DNA of 64,000 nucleotides from an uncultured bacterium (GTDB lineage Bacteria; Margulisbacteria; WOR-1; CAZGTC01): NCBI GenBank assembly GCA_964528395.1, contig CAZGTC010000005.1, positions 80,840 to 144,839 of the forward strand, read 5' to 3'. Shown piece by piece: positions 55,013 to 64,000 of this stretch (position 1 is its first letter; each line of letters starts with the position of its first letter). The notes under the pieces were generated by a model. It saw only the letters and a program-made list of their open reading frames with translations, ran no database searches and was not told where the DNA came from. The position numbers and the translations under genes were made by a program.

Positions 55013-58000
55013 TTGGCTAAAAAAAAGAAAAATGACAGCGCCTGGCGCAGCACCTTCTTTTACTTTTTACTGCTATTAATTGCTTTATCCTTGTTCGCGC
55101 CGTTTTTTAGCGCTCCGCGCAATGTTGCTGAAGTTAATTTTTCTGATTTTCTCAACCAAGTTGACCAGGGCAAGATCAGCCAGATCACGGTTAAGGGCGA
55201 TATTGTAGAAGGGAAATATAATGATGGAAAAGCCTTTCGCACCCGAGCCCTAAATTATCCAAATCTAGTCCAAAACCTGCGGGAAAAAGGCGTGAGCATA
55301 AAAGTAGAAGAACCCGCAGATTCTTCTTGGTTTTTCAACCTGTTTGTCCAAATTCTTTTGCCTCTGCTTTTCTTTGTGGGATTATGGTTCCTAATCATGC
55401 GCCAGGCCCAGGGGGTCAATTCCCAGGCCATGTCTTTTGGCATGTATAAAGGCAAAGCAGTTACAAGCAAAGCAGAAGTTACGTTCAAAGATGTTGCTGG
55501 GGTAGATGAGGCTAAAGAAGAGCTTGAAGAAATTGTTGATTTCCTCAAGCACCCGGAAAAATTCCGCGCCCTAGGGGCCCGCATTCCGCGCGGCCTGCTT
55601 TTGGTCGGGGCTCCGGGAACCGGTAAAACGCTTTTAGCGCGGGCGATTGCCGGCGAAGCTGGAGTTCCGTTCTTTTCGCTTTCGGGTTCGGATTTTGTCG
55701 AAATGTTTGTCGGAGTTGGAGCTTCTGTAACCGGAGATACTCCAGTTTTGGTCAGAGATAAAGAAAAAACCAGATTAATTCCTATCTCTGAATTTGTTGA
55801 TAATTATTATGATCAAGATCAGCAAGGTTACCCAATCAAAATTGAAGGGATTGAAACATTAGGATTTCAAGGAAAAAATTCTAGCCAATACTCTTCAGAA
55901 GATAAATTTTTTGGAGGTTCTGCTTGGAAAAAAGTTGATGCGGTTTATCGGCATAAGGTAGAAAAAATTTATGAGATCCACTATTTAGGCGGAACGATTA
56001 GAACAACCGGAGATCACAGTATTTTTGTGCGCGATAAAAATAGGTTAAAGATAAAAAAAGCTTCCGAACTAAAAATTGGAGATAAATTAGTAAATCTTCC
56101 TTATAAAGTTAGGGGGAAGTTTTTGAAAGGCTTGGGAACTTTTCACCATGTAAGGGCACATAGTTTTCCTCAAGAGATTGAGCTGGAATTAGAAATGTGG
56201 GATGAATTGCCGCAGTGGTTTAATAAATATACTTATGCTGTTGCTAGTCAGGGGAAAATGGCTACCCAGGAAGTAGCTTCTAATGTAGGGGTTTCTTCTA
56301 CGACGATTTTAAACTGGCAAAAAGAAATTTGTTCTCCTGAATATCTTGCGAGAAGGTTAAAATATCCTAATTTACCGGAAAAAATCCTACTTACACCTGA
56401 TCTCTTAAAGCTTTTTGGTTATTATACTGCCGAAGGTAGGGCGGGAGGATATCTAGAGTTTATTTTTGGATCCCATGAGAAAGATCATATAAGTGAAATA
56501 ATAACATTAATGAAAAGTATTTTTCATTGCGAACCAAAACTAGAAGATACCCCAGATAATTCAACACGAATAAAATATTATTTTGCCCCTTTAGCGCATT
56601 TTTTTAGGAGATATTGCGGCACTGGAAGTGCGAATAAGCATGTGCCGGATTTTATTTGGGATTTGCCTTATAAGTATTTTCTGGCTTATTTAGAGGGGTG
56701 GGGGAATGGGGACGGCTATATAACCCAAGAGAAAAAACTGAGCATTACTTCTGTAAGTCATCAATTAATCCTTGAAATGAATTGGCTTTGTGCTATGCAT
56801 GGGATTAAGGCTGGAATTAGATCTGGAAAAAATAAATGCGGCAGGATATTAAAAAATCGACCTTTGCCTGAAACAAATTATTGGAATTTAATTATTGGAA
56901 AAACAGCGAATCCTTTTACGGATGAAAATATAGATTGTCCAGATCAAATGAAAAAACCATACGTTAAAAAAATTGTAATAAAAGATTATGATGGATTTGT
57001 TTATGATCTTTGTGGTTGTGAAAATGAGGCTTTTTTTGGGGGAGAAAAACCGATTTTATTACATAATAGTAGGGTTAGATCCCTATTTAACCAAGCCAAA
57101 AAACAAGCTCCAGCCATTATTTTTATGGATGAGATTGATGCCGTGGGCCGGCATCGCGGCGCAGGGTTGGGGGGCGGACACGATGAAAGAGAGCAGACTT
57201 TAAACCAGTTGCTGGTTGAAATGGATGGATTTGATGCTAATACCAATATTATTATTATCGCAGCAACCAACCGCCCGGATATCTTAGATCCAGCGCTGCT
57301 GCGTCCGGGCCGCTTTGACCGCACCATTACTATTGATAAGCCCGATATCAAAGGCCGCCGGGCAATTTTGGATATCCATGCCAAGGGAAAACCCTTGGGA
57401 AAGGACATAGATTTAGAAATTATTGCCCGCCGCACCCCGGGTTTTACTGGGGCAGACTTGGCGAATATTATGAATGAATCCGCAATTTTGGCTGCGCGCT
57501 GCAATAAAAAAGAAATCAATATGCCGGAGGCTGAAGAAGCGGTTGACCGGGTTATGGCCGGGCCGCAGAAAAAAAGCCGCGTGATGCAGGATAAAGAAAA
57601 AAAAGTTATTGCTTACCACGAAGTCGGGCATGCGCTTTTGTCCAAGCTCTTGCCCAATGTTGATTCAGTGCACAAAATTTCGGTTTTGCCGCGCGGCATG
57701 GCGCTGGGCTATACCCTGCAGCTGCCCGAGCAGGATAAGCACTTGCTTTCAAAATCCGAAGCTACAGAGCAAATTGTGGTGCTTTTGGGAGGGCGGGTGG
57801 CAGAGGAAATTGTTTTTGGCGAAATTACGTCAGGCGCGCAAAATGATTTAGAGAGAGCAACTGCCATGGCTAAAAAAATGGTTTGCGAAATGGGCATGAG
57901 TTCTTTAGGATTGCGCACTTTTGGCCACCGCGACCGCCAGGTGTTTTTGGGGCGGGATTTTGGGGAGACTAAAGATTATGGTGATTTGACTGCAGATGCC

Positions 58001-58165
58001 ATTGATAAAGAGATCAATAGCATTATTAATGATTGCTACCATAGAGCTAAAGAAATTTTGAGCAAGAACCGTTCCCAAATGGATGAAGTTGCAACTCTTC
58101 TAATGGAAAAAGAAACTCTCGAAGGCGGAAACTTGGCTGAAGTCCTAAAAAGCCTGATGGTTTAA
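55013..58165 (+). CDS. ftsH: ATP-dependent zinc metalloprotease FtsH, interrupted in frame by an intein (extein about 602 aa)
   Basis: Walker [14 protein letters not shown], and [10 protein letters not shown] | intein | [35 protein letters not shown] zinc motif and C-terminal helices. Confidence 0.9.
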   Translation: MAKKKKNDSAWRSTFFYFLLLLIALSLFAPFFSAPRNVAEVNFSDFLNQVDQGKISQITVKGDIVEGKYNDGKAFRTRALNYPNLVQNLREKGVSIKVEEPADSSWFFNLFVQILLPLLFFVGLWFLIMRQAQGVNSQAMSFGMYKGKAVTSKAEVTFKDVAGVDEAKEELEEIVDFLKHPEKFRALGARIPRGLLLVGAPGTGKTLLARAIAGEAGVPFFSLSGSDFVEMFVGVGASVTGDTPVLVRDKEKTRLIPISEFVDNYYDQDQQGYPIKIEGIETLGFQGKNSSQYSSEDKFFGGSAWKKVDAVYRHKVEKIYEIHYLGGTIRTTGDHSIFVRDKNRLKIKKASELKIGDKLVNLPYKVRGKFLKGLGTFHHVRAHSFPQEIELELEMWDELPQWFNKYTYAVASQGKMATQEVASNVGVSSTTILNWQKEICSPEYLARRLKYPNLPEKILLTPDLLKLFGYYTAEGRAGGYLEFIFGSHEKDHISEIITLMKSIFHCEPKLEDTPDNSTRIKYYFAPLAHFFRRYCGTGSANKHVPDFIWDLPYKYFLAYLEGWGNGDGYITQEKKLSITSVSHQLILEMNWLCAMHGIKAGIRSGKNKCGRILKNRPLPETNYWNLIIGKTANPFTDENIDCPDQMKKPYVKKIVIKDYDGFVYDLCGCENEAFFGGEKPILLHNSRVRSLFNQAKKQAPAIIFMDEIDAVGRHRGAGLGGGHDEREQTLNQLLVEMDGFDANTNIIIIAATNRPDILDPALLRPGRFDRTITIDKPDIKGRRAILDIHAKGKPLGKDIDLEIIARRTPGFTGADLANIMNESAILAARCNKKEINMPEAEEAVDRVMAGPQKKSRVMQDKEKKVIAYHEVGHALLSKLLPNVDSVHKISVLPRGMALGYTLQLPEQDKHLLSKSEATEQIVVLLGGRVAEEIVFGEITSGAQNDLERATAMAKKMVCEMGMSSLGLRTFGHRDRQVFLGRDFGETKDYGDLTADAIDKEINSIINDCYHRAKEILSKNRSQMDEVATLLMEKETLEGGNLAEVLKSLMV
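55724..57067 (+). mobile_element. Intein (about 448 aa) with a LAGLIDADG homing-endonuclease domain, inserted in the ftsH AAA module
   Basis: Block A is [10 protein letters not shown], block B is TTGDHSIFV. Two LAGLIDADG-like motifs ([27 protein letters not shown]). C-terminal ILLHN with +1 Ser. Confidence 0.8.
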
Positions 58166-58170
58166 CTTTT

Positions 58171-58998
58171 ATGCCGGATGCTTTAATCGAATGCATTCCC
58201 AATTTTTCCGAAGGCCGGGATGAGAAAAAAATTTCTGCTATTGCTGCTGCGGTAAAAAATACCCCCCAAATCAAATTTTTGGACCTGCACAGCGATATTG
58301 ACCATAACCGCTCGGTCATTACTTTCATGGGCTCTCCTTTAGCGGTTAAAACCGCTGCCTACAATTTAGCAGCCAAGGCTTTTGAACTGATTGATATTTC
58401 CAAACACGAGGGCGTGCATCCTTTTATAGGGGCGGTGGATGTTATGCCTTTTGTGCCGCTGAAAAATTCTTCAATTGATGATTGCTGCGCTTTGGCCAAG
58501 GATTTGGGCCAGATGATCTGGAAAAATTTTCAAGTGCCGGTTTATTTTTACGGATATGCAGCGCAGATTGAGGCCAGAAAAGATCTGGCTTATGTTAGAA
58601 AAGGGGGATATAAGACTCTCGTATCTGAGATAAAAAATCCAAAGCGGGTCCCGGATATTGGAAATTCCCAAATGCATCCAACGGCTGGGGCGATTGCGAT
58701 TGGCGCCCGGGATTTCCTCATTGCGTATAACATCAATCTTAAGTCGGATAACTTGGAAGCAGCCAAAGAAATTGCCAAAAGCATTCGGGAAAAAAATGGG
58801 GGTTTACAAGGGGTAAAAGCCCTTGGGGTATTTTTACCTTCGCGCAATATTGCCCAAGTTACGGTCAATATCACCAATCATCGCGAAACAACTATGGATC
58901 AAGTCTTGTCGCAGGTTGAAAAAAAAGCACGAGAAAAAGGGATAGAGATTTTGGACACCGAAATAGTTGGCCTCTTGCCAAAAGATCTTCCAGTTTAA
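58171..58998 (+). CDS. Glutamate formimidoyltransferase (FtcD N-terminal domain family)
   Basis: LIECIPNFSEGRD at the N-terminus. Confidence 0.75.
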   Translation: MPDALIECIPNFSEGRDEKKISAIAAAVKNTPQIKFLDLHSDIDHNRSVITFMGSPLAVKTAAYNLAAKAFELIDISKHEGVHPFIGAVDVMPFVPLKNSSIDDCCALAKDLGQMIWKNFQVPVYFYGYAAQIEARKDLAYVRKGGYKTLVSEIKNPKRVPDIGNSQMHPTAGAIAIGARDFLIAYNINLKSDNLEAAKEIAKSIREKNGGLQGVKALGVFLPSRNIAQVTVNITNHRETTMDQVLSQVEKKAREKGIEILDTEIVGLLPKDLPV

Positions 58999-60497
58999 TT
59001 TTTCACAGCATTGGATTTACGGCAAATAACAATGGCATTGCTGACTTTTATTTCACTGCCATTGACCGGGGTATTTAAAAGTTTATCATTTAAAACCAGG
59101 GTCGAAGATCCGCCACCATCTAAATTCATGGCTTCAAAAGCTCCGAGGAATTGCAAAATGCGGGCGGTTTCTTCCAGCGTGGTTCCGCGGCTGTTGTTTT
59201 TATTCTTATCTCCTTTTCGGATCAGCCCGTCAACAGCTAAAAAGATAATGTTTTGCTCTGGAGTTATGCCAATTGCGGAACGCGCCGCCCGGCTATAGGC
59301 AATATCCGGCCGGAACTGTTCGCTGAATTTAGCCACGTAAGGGCTGCCGCCTTTGATTAAGCGCGGCCCCCCGCCCAAAAGGTGCTTTACAGCACTATTT
59401 TTATGGTAAGAAAAAGGGAATAAGCTGATTTTTAAAGTAATCTTGTCCGTAACTTTTAAATTTTGCGAGATAAATTCTAGGGGTTCGCCGGAAATGCTAA
59501 TAACATAAGCATTATCTGGAATGTCAGTCCCCCCTCCGGTTTTTATTTCTGTAACGCGCGAATTTTCAACTACAATATCCAGGTCGGATGGTTTTGACGG
59601 GATTTTTTTCCCAAACTCTTCGGTATACAGGTTAACTCCGTTGGTTCGAGATTGGGAATTGATGGTAGTGATGTTGTAGCGAGTTTTATCATTGACCAAA
59701 AAATAATGATCAGCATCAAAGTTGTCTACAAAATATTCGCGGCTGGCGGTTACCCCAAAAGCCGTGCGCTGGAACATTGGGCTGGATAAGAGAGTCTGGT
59801 CGATCATGACCAGGCCCAGAGGATAGCCCCGCGAGCTGAAATAACCGCCGTTAATTCCGGCAATAGCATCATTATCCTTAACGATTTTCCTGACGGTCCT
59901 AGGCTTAAAAACAGTTTGTTTTTTTTCTTTTTCAGCCGGGATGAAAAATTGGAAGAGGGTTTCCCAAAGGGTATCTTCTTCTTCGCGGGCCATGGCGGGT
60001 TTTAGTTCAAAATAGCGAGGGTCAGCCTTCAGGGCAAAAACGCGGGAAAATTCTTTGCCCCGGCGGTGCATGATTTTATAATAAATCAATCCTTTTTCAA
60101 TTTGTTTCTGCTCGATGATTCCAATGGTTTCTTTGGGAAAATCAATTACCAGGCGGGGCGGGGAATCAAGGGTAAAATCAATGCATTCCGCATCTTCATA
60201 TCCAGGGAGAATAACTTTTAAGCTGGAGTTTTCTTTTTTTATCTCAATGAAAGAGTTGTCTTCTTTAATTTTTATTTTTTTCTTGGTTTTCTTGGCTTTT
60301 TTTGTATGGGGCAGGACAAGGACAAAATTATCTTCTTCCTGGTTGATAGAATATTCAGGGATGCGGTTAAGATCCAGTACAACTCTTAAATTTTGGGAAG
60401 AAAAGTCATAGCGGATGTTTTTTAGGATAGCTTCTTGTCCGAAGGCCAAAGATGCGATGAAAAACCAAAATAAGATTTTTAAGCAGGTTTTGCGCAT
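58995..60497 (-). CDS. Phosphodiester glycosidase-family (DUF2233/NAGPA-like) secreted protein
   Basis: GINGGYF motif and an N-terminal transmembrane/signal sequence. I moved the start to MRKTCLKILFWFF. Confidence 0.55.
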   Translation of the reverse strand: MRKTCLKILFWFFIASLAFGQEAILKNIRYDFSSQNLRVVLDLNRIPEYSINQEEDNFVLVLPHTKKAKKTKKKIKIKEDNSFIEIKKENSSLKVILPGYEDAECIDFTLDSPPRLVIDFPKETIGIIEQKQIEKGLIYYKIMHRRGKEFSRVFALKADPRYFELKPAMAREEEDTLWETLFQFFIPAEKEKKQTVFKPRTVRKIVKDNDAIAGINGGYFSSRGYPLGLVMIDQTLLSSPMFQRTAFGVTASREYFVDNFDADHYFLVNDKTRYNITTINSQSRTNGVNLYTEEFGKKIPSKPSDLDIVVENSRVTEIKTGGGTDIPDNAYVISISGEPLEFISQNLKVTDKITLKISLFPFSYHKNSAVKHLLGGGPRLIKGGSPYVAKFSEQFRPDIAYSRAARSAIGITPEQNIIFLAVDGLIRKGDKNKNNSRGTTLEETARILQFLGAFEAMNLDGGGSSTLVLNDKLLNTPVNGSEIKVSNAIVICRKSNAVKN

Positions 60498-61312
60498 GAT
60501 TTTATTTTGCTGATGACCTCGCTGATAACCCAGTCCGGGGTAGAGGCGCCAGCAGTTATGCCGATTTTTTGCTTGCCCATAAACCATTTGTCATTGAGCT
60601 CTTGCGCAGTTTGGATCTGGAAGGTTTGGCAGTTATTTTCTTCGCATAATTCTTTGAGGCGCTTGGTATTGGCACTTAATTGGTCGCCGATAACCAGCAT
60701 GAGGTCAACGCGCCGGGCTAGGCCAATGGCTGCGTTCTGCCGAAATTCCGTGGCTTTGCAGATGGTATTAAAGATTTTCACTTCTTGGGCTTTGATGCTT
60801 TGGGATATTTCGTTGAATTTTTTCTGGGACTGGGTGGTTTGTGCAATCACCCCGATCTTATCTTTTTTTGGAATCTCGTCCACATGGTTTACTACGCTGG
60901 CTTGGTGGTTGGCCCAGCCCAAAACCCCTTCAACTTCGCGGTGGCCCTTGTCCCCAACCACAACTACATGAAAGCCTTCTTCGCTCAAAGATTTAGCCAG
61001 TTTTTGGGCTTTGGCAACCCAAGGGCAGGTGGTATCAACAATGGTATAGCCTTTTTCTGCAGCTTCGCTGATCACTTTGGGGCTGACGCCATGCGCGCTT
61101 ATGATAAGGATAGCTTTTTCTTCTTTAACATGCTCGATCTTTTTTATAATTTTTATGCCGAGTTTTTCTAATTCTTTAATGACTTCAGCATTGTGTACTA
61201 AATCTCCAAGGATATAAACCGGCAGGTTGTTTTTGGCTTGTTCTTTGGCCATGCGGTAGGCCCTTTGCACGCCTTCGCAAAAGCCCGAATGTTCAGCGAT
61301 GAAAATTTCCAT
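60479..61312 (-). CDS. ispH: 4-hydroxy-3-methylbut-2-enyl diphosphate reductase
   Basis: MEIFIAEHSGFCEGVQRA at the N-terminus. I moved the start to the internal Met that matches IspH. Confidence 0.85.
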   Translation of the reverse strand: MEIFIAEHSGFCEGVQRAYRMAKEQAKNNLPVYILGDLVHNAEVIKELEKLGIKIIKKIEHVKEEKAILIISAHGVSPKVISEAAEKGYTIVDTTCPWVAKAQKLAKSLSEEGFHVVVVGDKGHREVEGVLGWANHQASVVNHVDEIPKKDKIGVIAQTTQSQKKFNEISQSIKAQEVKIFNTICKATEFRQNAAIGLARRVDLMLVIGDQLSANTKRLKELCEENNCQTFQIQTAQELNDKWFMGKQKIGITAGASTPDWVISEVISKIKSCAKPA

Positions 61313-61322
61313 ATAAAGGTCT

Positions 61323-62495
61323 TTATTTTGAAAAGCTGATGCCGGCCTGTTTAAGCCTGATAATTGCTTCTTTGATGCGTTCTTTGTTGATGGTAATGGC
61401 CAGGCGGACGAATCCTTCGCCTTGTTCTCCGTAACCCGTTCCAGGAACAACTAGTATCCCGCATTTTGACAAAAGGTGATCAGCAAAAGAAACAGAAGTA
61501 AAATTTTTGGGAACTGGGGCAAAAATATAAAAAGCAGCTCGGGGCGGGGTTATTTCCCAGCCTAGATTATTCAATCCCCCAATAATTAAATCACGCCGTT
61601 CCTGCCAAATTTTATTATTTGCATCAATACATTCTTGCGGCCCGGTTAAAGCGGTTACTGCGCAGGCTTGGATGGCTTTGTAGGCGCCAGAGTCAATATT
61701 AGTTTTTACAGTTGAAAGGGCGCGGATAGCTTCAGCATTGCCAACCGCCATGCCGATGCGGTGTGCGGTCATATTATAAGTTTTTGAAAGCGAATGGAAT
61801 TCAATGGCAATATCTTTAGCTCCCGGAATTTCAAAAATGCTTTGGGGCTTATATCCGTCATAAGCAATTTCAGAATAAGCCAGGTCTGAACAAAGCAAAA
61901 TATCGTATTCCTTGCAGAATTCAACTGCTTCTTTCAAGGTTTTTTCCGGGGCACTGGCGCCAGTTGGGTTGTTAGGATAATTAATAAACAGAATTTTGGC
62001 TTTTTGGGCTGTGTCCGGGTCAATGTCAGAAAAATCCGGCAAGAAATTATTCTCCGGCCTTAATTTAAAAATAAAAGGTTTTCCATTGGCAAGAAGCGTC
62101 CCAATTTTATAAACCGGATAAGCAGGATCTGGACACAAAGCAATGTCTCCGGGGTCAACAAAAGCTGGAAAAATATGGGCAATGCCTTCTTTGGACCCGA
62201 TCAGGGAGATAACTTCATTTTCCGGGTCAAGATCTATGCCAAAGCGTTTTTTGTACCAGGCGGCAACCGCGCGTCGAAAAGCCTTGGTGCCTTCGTAAGG
62301 CGGGTAGCCGTGCGAGTCCGGGTCATCAATAGCGCGATGCAAACTTTCAGTAATATGTTTAGGCGTGGGCAGGTCGGGATCCCCGATGCCGAAATTGATA
62401 ATGTCTACGCCTTTGGAGATAAGTTCCGCTTTCTTTTTATCGATTTGCGCAAAAAGATAAGGCGGGATAAGTTCTAATTTTTTTGCTTTCCTCAT
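61323..62495 (-). CDS. dapL: LL-diaminopimelate aminotransferase-type class I PLP aminotransferase
   Basis: PPYLFA...INFGIGDPDLPTP motif. Lies next to dapF. Confidence 0.7.
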   Translation of the reverse strand: MRKAKKLELIPPYLFAQIDKKKAELISKGVDIINFGIGDPDLPTPKHITESLHRAIDDPDSHGYPPYEGTKAFRRAVAAWYKKRFGIDLDPENEVISLIGSKEGIAHIFPAFVDPGDIALCPDPAYPVYKIGTLLANGKPFIFKLRPENNFLPDFSDIDPDTAQKAKILFINYPNNPTGASAPEKTLKEAVEFCKEYDILLCSDLAYSEIAYDGYKPQSIFEIPGAKDIAIEFHSLSKTYNMTAHRIGMAVGNAEAIRALSTVKTNIDSGAYKAIQACAVTALTGPQECIDANNKIWQERRDLIIGGLNNLGWEITPPRAAFYIFAPVPKNFTSVSFADHLLSKCGILVVPGTGYGEQGEGFVRLAITINKERIKEAIIRLKQAGISFSK

Positions 62496-63349
62496 ATTTT
62501 ATAAGCTCCTTCAAAAACATATTCAGCATTGCCGCGCATAACCACGTGGTTGTCTTCTTTTTCCCATTCGATTTCCAAGTCTCCTCCCGGCAAATGGACC
62601 AGGACTTTGGTATCCAGGAGTTTGTTAAGGATTCCAGCCACACAACAGGCGCACGCCCCGGTGCCGCAAGCCAGTGTTATGCCCGCGCCCCGCTCCCAAA
62701 CTTTTACAGAAATATCCTGGCGATTATTGATTTTTACAAATTCCACATTGGTGCTTTGGGGAAAAATCGGATGGGTTTCAATTTGCGGACCGATTTTTTC
62801 CAGGTCTATTGTTTCTAGGTCATCGACAAAAATAACACAATGGGGGTTGCCCATAGAAACCGCATTAATTTGAAAGGTTTTCCCCTCTACTTCTAATGCT
62901 TCATTGAGAACTTTTTCTTTTTCATCTCCCAGCATCGGGATTTTTGATCTTTTTAAGATCGGGATTCCCATATCTACTTCCATGCCTTGCATTTCATCAT
63001 TTTCGAGCAAATAAGCAATAACTTTTATGCCGGCTTTGGTTTCTACCGATAGGATTTCTTTGCGTTCTTCGGGCTTGGTTTGGTCAAAAATGTATTTTGC
63101 AAAGCAGCGGATGCCGTTGCCGCACATTTCAGGCTCGGTGCCATCAGGATTAAAAATTTGCATCTTAACCGCGGCTTTTTCCGAAGGCCAGATGATTAAC
63201 AGGCCATCTGCTCCAATGCCAAAATGGCGGTCGCACATGGAAATTGCCAGCTCTTTTAGGTTGATTTCTTCTAGTTTTTCTTCGCGGGAATCAATGATGA
63301 TAAAATCATTCCCAATTCCCTGCAATTTTTTGAATTTTAAGCTTTTCAT
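62492..63349 (-). CDS. dapF: Diaminopimelate epimerase
   Basis: QGIGNDFIIID motif and two catalytic Cys regions. Confidence 0.85.
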   Translation of the reverse strand: MKSLKFKKLQGIGNDFIIIDSREEKLEEINLKELAISMCDRHFGIGADGLLIIWPSEKAAVKMQIFNPDGTEPEMCGNGIRCFAKYIFDQTKPEERKEILSVETKAGIKVIAYLLENDEMQGMEVDMGIPILKRSKIPMLGDEKEKVLNEALEVEGKTFQINAVSMGNPHCVIFVDDLETIDLEKIGPQIETHPIFPQSTNVEFVKINNRQDISVKVWERGAGITLACGTGACACCVAGILNKLLDTKVLVHLPGGDLEIEWEKEDNHVVMRGNAEYVFEGAYKI

Positions 63350-63369
63350 AGTGTATATATTATAGCAGA

Positions 63370-63726
63370 TTATTCAAAATAGCTGGCGCAGGCAGAATCC
63401 GATTCCCAAACCGCGACTTTTGAGAGCCCCTTTGCCTGCGGCTTGAGGATTACATAAATGATCCGCGCCAAATTTTCTGCGGACGGGTTTTCTATTTTAA
63501 AATATTTTAGCTGGCAGAGGTCTTGATGGTCGAATATCTGCAGGGCATCAGACAGGATTTTTTTTAGGGTTTTAAAGTCGCTTAAAAGCCCGAGCTTGTC
63601 CAGCTTTTTCCCTTGTACAACAATTTCGACCTTAAAAGTATGGCCGTGCAGGTTTTCACACGGGCCTTCATAGCCTTTGAGGGCATGGGCTGCAGAAAAA
63701 GAACCTTTAACTTTTAATTCGTACAT
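63370..63726 (-). CDS. queD: 6-carboxy-5,6,7,8-tetrahydropterin synthase
   Basis: SFSAAHAL...CENLHGHTF motif. Confidence 0.85.
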   Translation of the reverse strand: MYELKVKGSFSAAHALKGYEGPCENLHGHTFKVEIVVQGKKLDKLGLLSDFKTLKKILSDALQIFDHQDLCQLKYFKIENPSAENLARIIYVILKPQAKGLSKVAVWESDSACASYFE

Positions 63727-64000
63727 TTTTCACGCTTCCAATTTGTTTTCCGAGCAGCCGGCTGCCAACCTCTTGAAATTGAAGGGGTTGCGAGGTTGTA
63801 TAATAAGTATAGCTGGGTTTTTGCCTTTTGTCTGCGAGAAGATTAAGCTTTGCCATCTCGTTTTTGGCTTCTTTTATGACTGCAACTGCTGGATCAACCA
63901 ATTTAATTTTTAAGCCAATAACTTCTTGGATGGCTTGGCTTAAGTGCGGGTAGTGGGTGCAGCCCAAAATTATAGTATCAATATCTTTTTCTATCAAAGG
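63707..64000 (-). CDS. murI: Glutamate racemase, C-terminal part (5' end beyond the window)
   Basis: IILGCTHYPHL motif. Confidence 0.7.
   Translation of the reverse strand, partial: PLIEKDIDTIILGCTHYPHLSQAIQEVIGLKIKLVDPAVAVIKEAKNEMAKLNLLADKRQKPSYTYYTTSQPLQFQEVGSRLLGKQIGSVKNVRIKS

Overview
This is a 64-kb window from a low-GC genome (roughly 38-40% GC), probably an uncultivated diderm bacterium. It is densely coding on both strands. I found no rRNA, tRNA or CRISPR array. All product calls rest on motifs read directly from the six-frame translations, with no database searches run.

Recognisable housekeeping genes are parB/parA, plsC, pilT, aroE, purE, archaeal-type phosphoglycerate mutase (apgM), the iscR-iscS-iscU-mnmA cluster, a methylthioribose-1-phosphate isomerase (MtnA/e2b2 family) and class II aldolase gene pair (hereafter mtnA/aldolase), rsmG, an iron/cobalamin-type ABC importer, queA, tgt, queD, ftsH, ispH, dapL, dapF and murI.

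The non-housekeeping content is where the interest lies.

- (i) A ~15.6-kb run of nine same-strand genes (7226-22857) encodes five PBS-lyase-type HEAT-repeat proteins, two very large unknown proteins and two small paralogous Cys-motif proteins with polyproline linkers. One large protein is a membrane-anchored LamG-like domain fused to a Hanks-type kinase-like domain whose catalytic loop reads HRDISSRN, not HRDLKxxN. I regard this run as a candidate undescribed scaffold/signalling system. A PP2C phosphatase lies elsewhere in the window (51.6 kb).
- (ii) ftsH is interrupted by a ~448-aa intein carrying a LAGLIDADG homing-endonuclease domain, with Ser as its first residue.
- (iii) A 666-aa protein is built from ~12 tandem ~39-aa repeats of the form 'F.AAQA.QIATSKNP'.
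- (iv) An AbiEi/AbiEii toxin-antitoxin pair sits beside a gutted methyltransferase pseudogene.
- (v) A giant 1593-aa surface protein with a T9SS/FlgD-Ig-like C-terminal sorting domain sits next to an outer-membrane beta-barrel, with a G5AG9 tract between them.
- (vi) An endonuclease Q-like gene sits next to an HhH-GPD/Endo III-like glycosylase.
- (vii) An orphan JAMM/MPN+ metalloprotease.
- (viii) Several repeated intergenic palindromes, homopolymer tracts and an operator-like TTAACAAT array.
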